Origin: Lingula anatina
Taxonomy: Eukaryota; Animalia; Brachiopoda
Direction: 5' to 3'
Length of the DNA stretch: 64,000 nucleotides
Assembly: GCA_051362555.1 (NCBI GenBank)
Contig: CM120640.1
Coordinates: 64,210,788 to 64,274,787 of the forward strand
Part shown: positions 13,510-25,405 of the stretch, piece after piece
Layout: each line of letters opens with the position of its first letter
How positions within the stretch are numbered: position 1 is the first letter of the stretch
Translations under genes and position numbers: made by a program
The notes under the pieces: generated by a model
Seen by the model: only the letters and a program-made list of their open reading frames with translations
Told to the model about the DNA's origin: nothing
Database searches by the model: none

Positions 13510-14689
13510 TTAGACTGTAGGCCTACTCTTACTTTAGAGTACTCTATTTTATTGTCTCTATGGGGTATATGGGGACTTTACGACATTTGGTTTGAATGCT
13601 TTAACCACTTTTGATAGGGCTTTTTTTGCATTGTACATGTATTAGATTTATGTGGCAGTACAACATTTACAAAATATTATTATTTTCGTCTTTATCGATA
13701 TCTTCATAGCTATATTGCTATCTTTTACCTCCCATGTTAAGATATACACGAACATTTGGACATTCTTGGGATTAAGTCCATAGTGCAGTCTTTGGTAAAT
13801 AACCAGGGAGTATGTTTTGTTCCGTATCCATCAAATGTTTCCTCGATAATGTCACCCTCATCTGCTGCGGCTTGCACCAGAACTCGGTGTCATGTTATAT
13901 GGCTACTTTCTCCATCCCTTCAGATTCAGCTATGGCTGTTACCGTTAATGAGTACAGAATACTAATTCAGCCTGTCGATTACTGAAGGACTTATATCTAC
14001 CGGTAGTATCAAATGCTGCATCCATATGCTGTGTGTTCAGTACACTTTGTTTACACTGACAAGTCAATGTCAGAAATGCACGATTTTACCTGTCTAATGA
14101 CGCAGTTAAATGCTGATGACTGAATTGGTCATTTTCTCAATATTTGTATAACCTACGAAATTTTTCTTATGGGAAAATCACCCAGCAGTTTTCCAAATAC
14201 AACTGAATGACGACACGACTACCGTTTTCGTGGAGATCTGGAAGGAATTAGCTTTACGGTTTGCTGCACATTTAAAGCGTTCTATCTCAAAGTCTACAAA
14301 ATCGTGTCGATAAAAATTTACAACACTTATTATTTAAATAATATCGCGCCTATTTGCAAAATTTGAAAACTATCATAGCTATCATAGCTATTAGCTATCA
14401 TGCTTTTTCTGCAATGCCTATTCGAATTTGAAATTTAGACATATTCCGTCGATATCTTGAAGGGCGAGTCGATATAACATTTATTTACACCACAAAGGCA
14501 TCTGGGTGTCACGCTCTAGAACATTATTTTAAATCATATACCCGGTATTTACATGTGCAGTCAATCCTAAAAACTCTATTAAATCATGGAAATCACTAGC
14601 TCACAAAAGGTTAGTAGTATTTGGAACAACATGTTCGCTAATCCGTTCCATTCTTCATTATGCAGCGACTCACTCACTGGGAGGTTTCT

Positions 14690-16510
14690 GTATCTGTCCA
14701 TGTACGTCTAGAGACACCAATACTGGTATGAAGTAGACGGATAGAAGAGAGCGCATGTGAAACTTAGTCAAATAGTAGTCCTGATCTAAAGCTTTCAACA
14801 GTTTCAGCGTTTACTTGTTGGTCACTGAGTCCATTCCAATCGGAAACTGTTCTGACAAAGAAAGAGTTTTTTCTGACGAGTGTTTTACAACGTTGTAAGC
14901 GAAAGCAGCGACTGTTATTAGTACTATTCACAATGTTTTCAAAGTCAATGAAAGATTTAGCCCTTATCATCCAAACCCAATATAGAGGTGCATTTCACAT
15001 GTTGAAGTGTCAAAAAATAAAAATGAATGAATTCAAAATTGTATTCAATATTTCAAAACATATATGTGCATAAAACAAAAATCCACGACTGTCTCAACTG
15101 AAATTCAATTTTTAATTTTTACCATATCTTTAACATTAAGCAAAGAGCACTATTTGGTAACGTATGTTCCAAAAAACGTACGGTAACGTATGTTCTTGCC
15201 ACTTAATTTTCATTTTTATGCCGCGTTCCGATGTGATTTTTAGTGGTTAAGTCATGGTAAATTAGACATGACGTAAGGACGTTTTTATAAATATTTAAAC
15301 TGTATCTCAAGGGGCTTTGCGTCATGGCTTATACTAGGTAACGTATGTTCCCTAGAAAAATTGTCAAAATGTTTCATTTTGTTCAAGTACTTGTGTGCAA
15401 GAGATACAATGTTTTCTTTTGCTGACCGAACAATATATTGTGGTTCCATGATAGTTTGACATTTCTGATATAATCTTTGGATCATGAAGGGAAACACGTT
15501 TATTTAATGCTTATTTTACTGTCGGTAGGGTGAATTTTCCCCATTTTTCAATATACTGTGACAAGCAAACTTACGTCGCTCAAAAACAATTTACTGGTCT
15601 ATACAGAAGATTATTATAATTTTTAGCAACGTTATACTTGTAGGAGATAAATCAATGCACAAAACCAGTGATGACTGAATTTTCAAAGTGAGTAGAACGT
15701 TTCACAGTTGGACGTTTTGTATTTGTGATAGTAACGTATGTTCCTTTTTGGGATTAAACGATGAATTATTTTTAATTATTCATGGTTCCAGGAGAGTGAA
15801 ACTTTTATACAAGCTTCTTCATGTGGGACCCTAAAATAATCAAACACAGTTAGCAATCTGTGCAGTAAATATTTTTAGTAACATGCTTGTGACATCAATT
15901 GCACCTCTATATTGGGTTTGGGTGTTATACGACGTTTGTTAGAGACTGGTACGAAGTAAATCGCTGGAACTAACGCCTCAACCACCTTGAATAGAAAAGT
16001 TAGCCGCAGTTCCTTCCTCCTGTGCTGCAGTAGTGGTATCTCTAGTGATTTCAGCATGGAGGTGACACTACCTGGGGATTGAGACTTGTAATCCCCAGTG
16101 ATGAACCGTGCAGCTTTTCTTTGAATTTTTTCCATTTTATCAATGTCTGTTTTTAAATAAGGATCCCATATGATAGCACCATATTCTAGAGTGGAACGGA
16201 CAAGAGCTATGTAGGCAGATTTCCGTGTGATAACTGGACTATGGTATAAATTTCTTCTAATGAATCCTAGTAGGCAACTGGCTTTTTTACATAAGTTGTT
16301 TATGTGAGTTGACCATTTAAGGTCGGAGGAAAGCATGACTCCTAGATATGGGTTGGTCTGAACATTTTTAACACTGGTTCCAGTTGGTAGAAGAAAGATT
16401 TCTGGCAAACACTAAGAATATAACCTTTGGAAGCGTTGAAACGCATGCCCCATTTCATGGCCCAGTTTTCTAAGCTTGCGAGGTCTTGTTGAAGAATAAT
16501 ATGGTCTTTT
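14690..16510 (-). mobile_element. 5'-truncated CR1/L2-group LINE (RT C-terminus), split by MITE X
   Basis: YLGVMLSSDLKWSTHIN...LVRSTLEYGAIIWDPY...IQRKAARFI and NSFFVRTVSDWNGL motifs; frame NKRRI/RAKSF restored on removing the MITE. Confidence 0.85.
14968..15924 (+). mobile_element. MITE family X copy 2
   Basis: TIRs plus perfect TTAT TSD (14964-67, 15925-28) inside a LINE ORF. Confidence 0.88.
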
Positions 16511-16919
16511 TGCGAAGAAGGTTGTCCGTCTGATTTTTTGTTTCGATTATTCTTGGTTTTTCCTTTCCTTTTTTGTTTTTGTGCTCTTTTCGTTTTTGTT
16601 CTCTTTTCGTCATTGTTATCGAATTAATTTACTAATTTGCAGCCGGTTCTAGCCTAACGGAATGCTTCTGTGTACCAAATGTGTTGCACCTGACCATGAA
16701 GTTTCAACATCAACTGACTGCCTATTGGGGCAGATCGTTTGTTTATTCTCCAATCCACCAGTGTTACCCACGAAAGCAGTTTCACAGTCAGCACTTTTAT
16801 TTTCCGAGATTCCTGACCCATTCTTATCACTGCTATCATTCAAAGGGTGGACTCTATTTTTGCCGAATTTCAGTGAAGGTACTGCTGTCGATATGAAGTG
16901 GATAAGAGTCCAAAACCGG

Positions 16920-18528
16920 TATCATGTACCAGAAGGTCCCCCATGACAGAAAGTCTCGGACTCTGCATCATGATAATTAGGTATAATATACAGTTTTGCA
17001 CAACGACCTGGTGGTGTAGTGGAGAGCGACACGTACGAAGAGCATACAATGGAATTAATGTACATGTAGCAATCTACCAGACTTCGGATCGAGTCCCCCA
17101 ATGGATTTGAATTGCTTACTCTTATTTTTCATTCATTTGAGGTTTTTCACAGATATTCCATTGCCTTGTGATCGTTTGAACTAGCCCCCCCCCCCCTATA
17201 CGCGTGACTTATTTGACTACCACTCATAAATATGTGTAAGCTAGTCATACACAATGCAGCGATGCTTAGCTGTGCAAAACGTTTCTTTTCTTTAAACTAT
17301 ACGCGTGACTTACAATGGCTACCACTCAAGTGTGTGACAGCAAGCGTTACACAGTGCATCAGTGTTAAGCTGTGCAAAATATGTTTTCTTGAAACGGACG
17401 GAATTCAATTATTATTAAAGTGTCATTGAAAATATACTCATTTAATTTTGTTTTACAATTTAAATAACTTATATTCAAATAAAATAAATGACCTATATAT
17501 AAATGGAATCAACCCAAAAGGACTGCATTTCATGGTTCTCAAGGTATAAAATGACTAGCTGCTCGCGATGCCCTACACTGACACCATGGATTTTCAAGCA
17601 ATACGGCTTTATTTACAACATGGCAGGTGTACCATGAAAATTTGACACCCCTAAAAGGTGACTCCCCATAAAAAAACTTGACTCCCCAGTCAAATTTTCG
17701 TAATGAAAATCAGACTCCCCAAAGATAAATTTTGACTTTTATCTTGAATTATGCATAATGGAGGATATATTGACACTTTGTCAGTTTGCAGGTGAAATTT
17801 TTCATGAAAACAAAATATGTATTTACCACCCAATGACTCCGCTATGGAAAAGCTATTCAATTGATATTTGGTGATCATTTCAACATCTTTCCATTTAGTA
17901 TACTTTATGAATAATATATGTTAAAATATTGGGTGGAAAAAAATCAGGAAAAATATTCATTTTCATTCGTAACCAAGTGGAGTCAAAATCCCACGGGCAC
18001 AAGAATGCAAAGTTATTATCCTTTTTCATTAAATTATCCCCATTTTTCATTCAGTTTTTGAAAAAGAAAATAATGGGAAAACAACAGCAAGTGTTTTTTT
18101 TTGGATTTGCTATAAATATGAAGAATTCAATTAAATATTTTCCTGATTTTTTACAATTGCATTCATAGGCTAAATAGAGCCAATTAAAGTTTATGAAATG
18201 CCAACAATACAAATTTATAGTATGTGTTTAATTTTTACGGAGGGTTATCATGCTTATTTAACCTTTAATCTTCATAGTTTTTCACTCCATATCTTTCTTC
18301 ATCATGTTCAAATTCATATTCAAATTGCATGTTATAAGAATAATATTTTTAATTTTTACTCCTCAATGCGGACTGTCAGTATTAAAACGAAGGGTCCTAG
18401 GGGGACTCTACATTTCAGATCATAGAGTCCGGGACCGAGATTTCGAGACAGGGAGTCCGCCGGACTCTCAGTTTTAAAACACCGGGTCCGCCGGACCCTT
18501 GAATGGTAGGACTTTGTGTTGCTTGACA
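16920..18528 (-). mobile_element. Non-autonomous Ginger1-like element, copy 1
   Basis: Perfect CCGG TSD (16916-19, 18529-32) inside CHS-B last exon (W-H-R-F-W codons); TGTCA-type ends (one mutated to TATCA); both ends match 57180-58539. Confidence 0.75.
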
Positions 18529-21500
18529 CCGGTGCCAATTTCAAGTCTCCCACCATACGGCGTCCTGGTAACCTTGATACAAGTTGCTGGGGTGCGCATA
18601 TGATTTTCTACATTTGCAGATGCGGCAGTTTGTGTCTCAGGAATGCTGTCCATAAATGCTCTGTCTTTGCAAATTTTTTCAGGTCTAGTACTTGTTTCGC
18701 TCGCAGTTGTCGTTGGTTTGGTTTGATTGTGTTCTGCATCAGAGGATATCGGTGTTTTTCCGAATCCTTGCATGACTCTTTTCACCATTTCATGATCAAC
18801 ATCTTGCCTACATGTATGATTAAAAAGTATAAGCTGCTGTCATTTTGAAAACATGTACATGTATACAATGTTCTCGCCCTGCTGTAAAAAGCACGAAGAT
18901 CGAATCTAAACACCAGTATTTAGGGGTACTGTAAGCCTTTACTATCCTCCATATCATCCTTTGCAATTTTTACCCCGATATCGCAATTTTGACGTCAATC
19001 GTAAGATGACGTGTGTAAATGTTAATTAATTTAGTCACTGAACACCGAAGATCTATCTGTTATCCAAAAGAATGTTTGTTAGGCAGTAAATAAGGCATTT
19101 TAGGCAAAGGATAACAATATCCACCAGGGGTACTTCCTCAAGTATTATTCGAAAAAAGCTATTCACGTAGTTGTTCACAGTTTTCCGTTTGTATGTTGTA
19201 TTTTTGACTTTGACTTCTTCTTTGGTTCCATGAGTTGGACTCTGTGGATCCGGTGCAGGTTTACGGGAGCTGCATGGATAACCGTATTTGGTCGTCTGCG
19301 TGGTTTCAGTTGTGTACGCGAAAGCATCATCGAACATTATGTGTGTCTCATAGTCGAAGATCGAATCTTCCTTTTTGACTGCACTATCGAGTCTACAGAC
19401 ACACAAATATAATATATCAAGAAAGTTTTAATGTTTATAAAACAGGATATTGAATAAAGCTGTATCATCCAGACACATGTATGTTCAATGTAAAAAAATA
19501 CTGGTACATGTAAATGTATGAAATTGTTATTTGCAAAACAAACCTTAATTTGAAATACAGCAATTTAAAAATAAATAATTTGATTAGTTCGTTATATTCT
19601 ACAATCAATAAACTACTGTAACTAAAGCAAGTGATTTTATAGAATGTCGTTTGAAAGCAACCTGTTTTTAAATTGCTTTGATATTTTTAATCCATGAGTT
19701 AAAGGTATTGTTAGGCCATACTTAAACCACGGCTAGCGCGTAGAACAAAAGACTCGGCCGTGCTGCATTCGGCATGTGCGAGTGCATTCCACGGTCTGTT
19801 GCACTCCCGTTACTCACTGGTGTAGTAGCGAAACAGAGGCCGTGGTTTAAGCCAGATAAAACACTCGTCGCCAAGCTGTACGCGAAAATTACTCATGTAT
19901 TGTCTCGCCTGCGGCTCGACAATATACTCGTGATATGTCACGTACAGCTGGGCGACTCATATTGTATCTACCACTAATTGTAGGAACAAAATATATGAAT
20001 AAAAAGATAACAGGACGGTCTACCTTATAATGCTGGCAAGTATTTGTCCCATTTCAATCTCGGATTCATGCCACATGGTACCACAAGCGTATAACATTGG
20101 TTTCATTTTCTCTGAGTCCTCGCGGGAAGGGATGTGGGCAACATCTTCGACGGAATCAACGTTGCCCCCATCAACATCAACATCTTTTGGCAGTCGTCTG
20201 CGAAACATGAACGACTGCTCTAGGAGAATACCACAATATAGAGGCTGGATAAATATCCATTTCAGGGAGGGTATGGCAGTATTTCCAAGGGAACTCCACA
20301 CATGCCTATTTAGAAGAAGATGAGAGAGACAAAGGCATACCCTGTATATACAGTCCAATCTGAGCCCAAACATGCTCAGGATTGTGGGGATCACAGCTGA
20401 GCGAAAGGCTTTCTACCAGCCATCTGCACAGGACTCCTCTTAGTGTCTGATCAGGAGTGTATTTCTCAATAAAAGCCGATGTCTGTTCACTACACATCGG
20501 TATGAAAACACCTATAGCGGACACAATCATGGATATCACAACACAGACATAGCCGAACTTAGGAATGCCCATGGTGCATGTTGAAACGAGAAAGACGCAC
20601 GTAATTTGTTTTAAGATCGGCTTATGACCACTGTCAAATTATGAAGAAAATTTGAAAAAAATGCTGATTTTATTTAAATACATTATTAAGTCATACTCAC
20701 AAGAACAATGAGGGAAATAATCCTCTTTTTCATTATCCAAGGCTTTAAAGTTCGCCGCTTTGGAATTGGTGGAATGATTAGACGCGCCTGTTTTCTCTAA
20801 TTTTCGAAATAGATACAACGATGAGAATTCTGTGGAAAGCAACACCCACGATAATGAAGACAAGCGTCACCAAACAGGAGCAGAGAAAATACTGTGCAGC
20901 ATTTGTCCACGGTAGCCTTTTCGTGGTCGGATTGTTTTCGCTTCTTCGGCTTCCTCCGAAATACACGAAAGTCGTACGCCTTTCTTAATTACAAAACAGG
21001 GGAAATATGTTAGATCCAGACAATTGTTTATATCTCATAAACAACATAAATTTTGTTTAAAACATATTGCATTTTACACCCAGGGTCAGGTACCCCGAGT
21101 GTCAGAGCCACTGTGAAGCTAGATTGTTAACTATTGAAACGTTTTGACGCGATAGCTCCTGGTGTTGCTGACATGGGTTATATATGAAATCAAGATCGAG
21201 CTGGCAATACCGGAATCTAGAACCTAGGGTAGGATCACGTTGCTAGTTTTTGAAATTTCTCTATGACTTTTATAACACTTTAAATATGTTACGAAAATAA
21301 TGTGAGTGGGCACGGGGTTAAGAACAATATGTAAATAAAGGAGGTTTTTGTTGGAGGAGGAACACTTTCAAGAGTCTGTACATACTCTGTTCAGGAAATT
21401 TAAATTTTGAAGACAATGAATAGGTAAGAATGATGCTCCTCTTTCCATTCCTCTCATTTCTAGAAATAATCCACAGACAAACTATTTATTTTAGCTATAC

Positions 21501-23004
21501 GGAATTTTTTTAAAAGATTTTATCTGATCCCCTGAGTTGTTTAATACATTAAACATTCACCTTTCGTACATACTACATTTTATTTATCATTATTATCACA
21601 TCAGCTTTCGTTAACTGTGGGGCATTTAGTCTGTACACTTACGTAGTAGCAGCAGCAGTGCGGCTCCCTCGGTTGTAGACGCTATGGAGTTGTCTTCACC
21701 TACACCCCCCTCGGTACGGTCCTCATCAGACACTGTCTACGATTTCACCACCTGGCACTGTGCAGTGATCTTAAATGTTTCTCCTTGTATACTTTTAAGA
21801 CAATTTTTATTTGGACCTCAATTAAGATGAAATGCCAACACTGTTATTATACACAGTTGTTATAAACACCGCTGTTATAACCACTTAGCACACACCCAAT
21901 CATCAAATGTGACGAGGTAAATTAAAAAACGTGCGGCTTCATATATCCTGTTTGCATGTATGTATGGATATTAATAGCTCCGGCAACTTTGTTTGCCCTT
22001 GCAAACTAGGTACCCAAAGTCGGCAACGTGGGGTGTTTTTATGGCAGGCACCTGGATGTTATCTGATAGTAAGATAAATTTATTAAAAGCTACTAAGGAC
22101 TTCCTATTATCTTGATTGATTGACTCAGTGATCGGTTGATTGCTTGAAGACTAAATATTGTTCGTGGGTCGTGAATTTGATAATAAGTTAATTAAGAATG
22201 TCAGTTTGTCTATTAGTAACATTATCCAAAATTACGGATGAATTTTGATGACGTTTTCAAGGTAGGACATACATGTATAACATCTCGGTGGTGATTAATA
22301 AATTAATAGTTAATAGTTAATATTAACATTTTTTTTCAATAAAAATGCAACCCCGAAGGTTGAACAAGTACAGTTTAAAAAAGAAAATTAAACATAATAG
22401 ACTGAGGTAAGTAACACTTAAAAGGGAACTTAAAAGGAAATTTTAAAATCATTTATTTGTGAAAGATAACTTTAAACGATCAGTCTTAACTATTGGAACT
22501 TTAAAATTGTTCTTCTTCTTTATGATCGTATCTTTCTTTCATGCAAACAATGTTTAGTTTACATTCTGAATTTTGAAATAAAATCCCAACCCTTATTTAG
22601 TGTTGTCTTTCTTAGTTATGGGGTGTTGAGTTTATGGACCTCTACCTATAGGACATATTAATTACTTAAACCTTGGTAGCCTATATGATCCTTACAGCTC
22701 TTTTTGGATAGATTCAATAAATTCAGAGTTTTATTAAGTCCACCCTGGTCTCCAAACAGGGAAGCATACTCTAAGACAGGTCAGTTAATGAATTGATTAA
22801 CTAGTAGATGAATTAGCAAATACAATTATTAATCATTAAGCTTTTTAATTAAAGATAATGAGAACTTAAATTATTAATTAACAATTATGATAAATTAGCT
22901 TATTGATCAATTATTATATACAGGTAGTTAATACTATTAAGAATTAAACTGCCTTGGGGAAGGTCTGCACACTCTGGGAGTTTTTCTAGTTTTAAAAAGC
23001 TAAG

Positions 23005-23886
23005 CACCCAAACCCAATATTCATGTAGAGGTGCATTTCACATGCTTTAGTATCAAAAATAAAATTGAATATGTGTATAAAACAAAAATCCACGGCTGTC
23101 TCAATTTGACGTCTACATTTAATTTTTACCATGTCTTTACATTATGTAAAGGGGTCTAAATGGTAACTTACGTTCCGGGCCGTTTAATTTTAATTTTTAT
23201 ATCGCGATCCGATATATTTTGTAGTAATTCAGTCGTGGTATATTACATATTACGAAATGGTGTTTTTTTAAATAATGTAATTCAAGGGACTTTGCTTCCT
23301 GGCTAATACTACGTAACGTATATTCTCCAGGAAAACTGTCAGTTTCATCTTGCCCAAGTACTTAGTCCAATAGGAAACAGGGTTTTCTGTTGCTAACTGG
23401 AAAATTAATTGTGATTTCATGATACTTTGACATTTCTGATATAATATTTGGAAATATAGTTTATTTGATGCTTGTTTTACTGTCAGTAGGGTGTATTTTC
23501 CCCATTTATAAGTATTAAGTGACGAGCAAACTGAAGCCGCTAAATAATAATAATTATAACTGCTCTATACAGAAGACAATCCTGATTTTTTACGTTATAC
23601 TTGTAGGAGATAAATTAAAGAAAAAAAACCAGTGAAGATTGAATTTTCAAAGTGAGTGATACATTTCCACAGCTGAACGTTTTACATTTGTGACAGTAAC
23701 GTATGTTCCTTTTTGGGGTTATACGACGAATTATTTTTCTATTATTCATGGTTCCAGGAGAGTGATACTATGATGCAACTTCTTCATGTGGGACCCTAAA
23801 ATAATCAAATATAGTCTGTAATGTGCACCAAGCATATTAAAAACATGCCTGTGACTTCATATGCACCTCTATATTGGGTTTGGTTG
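23005..23886 (+). mobile_element. MITE family X copy 3
   Basis: Same TIRs and body; absent from the homologous spacer upstream of CHS-A. Confidence 0.8.
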
Positions 23887-24799
23887 TACAATCAAAAATA
23901 CAATTAATGTGTAGTTTGCTGTATTAACTCGCCTTTTCATTATGAAAAGAACAACCAACTGTATTTGCAAAGTCCTAGAGCTACAGAGTATATACAGAGT
24001 ATTTATCTTAAGAAAAATCATGGACTCTGGCGTTATCACGGCGTGGGGTTTGGTTTTTCTTGCAAATAAGTTGAACTATATATATTTTTTATTACTAACC
24101 CACCATTTAATTTTACACTCTTACAATTACAATTTGTCAGGGCCCATAAATCAAAAAAATTTGGTGACAGTAATTCATGACATGGACATGTATTTGGTAA
24201 AAAAGGAATAAAAATAACACTTATTTGGTAAAAACTAGTTTATGTACTTAAGTTTGAGTAAAGCATTACATTTTGTCTCTTTAAAGTAGTAGATTATCGC
24301 TTTTGTGCACACAAGAAAAAAAACAACTAAACATAAAGGTGATATCCTTAATGCTTCACTCTGCTGAATACATAGACTAATTATACTACTCTGCGCGAAG
24401 TACCTAATTTACATGTACTACAAGTCATTGCGCACTTATAATTTATATAGCACAATCCTATATATATAAGGTCCATATTCATCTTGTTCAACACACCTGT
24501 TGTTATAGCAAATGAGCTGATAACCGTTGCTAAAAACAATTGAGGCCATGTGCTTAATACCGTTTAAGTCAACGTACCTTTGTGAGGATTGAAATGTAAC
24601 AAACATTGTGTCTAAATCTGCTATCAGAAACTGGTGTTTAAAGGCAATAATACATGAAAACATCTTTGTTATCAGTTTTGAGATCCGTGGAACGAGTCCT
24701 GGGCGTAGACACACCGTCCATATCCATTTACCTGGCCCTAGACCTGCCACTGCCTTGGACCAATGACCGTGACATTTCGTGTGAGAAAGTGCACTATAA

Positions 24800-24837
<38 letters not shown>

Positions 24838-25405
24838 TTATGCATTAAACCATATATATAGTCCTAATGTACAAAGTCACTGTAATCGCTAGTTTAAAAA
24901 GTGTCATGAATGAATCAGTAAATCGAGGGTGGGGGTAAGTGGGTCTATCCTTGATTTTACATACTGAAAGGTTAAGTCTAGCTATCGTCCCAAAATATTA
25001 TATATTAAATCTACTTAACATCAAGATATTCTCAATATACGGTGGGTTTCCAGCTGGGATAGGTGGAATCAAAGTTAATCTCCCTTTTTGTTAAATATGT
25101 ACCCCAGAGTAGCTAGTGGAAAGTTGTGTATCCGTCTATGTACAGGTAAATGAGTTGAGAAGATGTTCTCCTCCCACAGCAATGGTAAGAAAGATACGCA
25201 CGCCTTGCTTGTACTGTATGGACTTAAAGGTAAATGTACACATAGTGTTAGTTAATACATTTTACAAACTTCAATTATGGCAATGCTTCTAGCGTGACTA
25301 CATTATTCGTACGCTAAGTCTTTATTACCTTGCTTCTACTCAAGGTTGATCTCCCCGGGATAAATATGGAAATGAAAGTGAACAAAACGGTAATAAGGTG
25401 TTTAG

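Larger units (their letters stand above)
10750..21733 (-). pseudogene. CHS: Chitin synthase pseudogene (paralog B)
   Basis: Exon 1 21733-21643 with ATG>GTG and a frameshift. Exon 2 (~20983-20700) internally deleted. Most of intron 2 plus the 5' half of exon 3 deleted at ~20582; exon 3 remnant 20582-20024 frameshifted. Exon 4 (~19392-19135) donor lost. Exon 5 (from ~18806) fused at ~18538 to last-exon sequence (exons 6-8 absent). Last-exon remnants at ~16510-16915 and ~10750-10940. Confidence 0.88.

Noticed and set aside
13750-14070. Possible further remnant of the CHS-B C-terminal tail
   Set aside because: Only short patchy resemblance to 26100-26650; cannot be aligned confidently by eye.
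19700-19975. Insert with hairpins (CTTAAACCACGGC...GCCGTGGTTTAAG) as structured ncRNA
   Set aside because: Absent from the homologous intron of CHS-A; better explained as a small non-autonomous transposon fragment.
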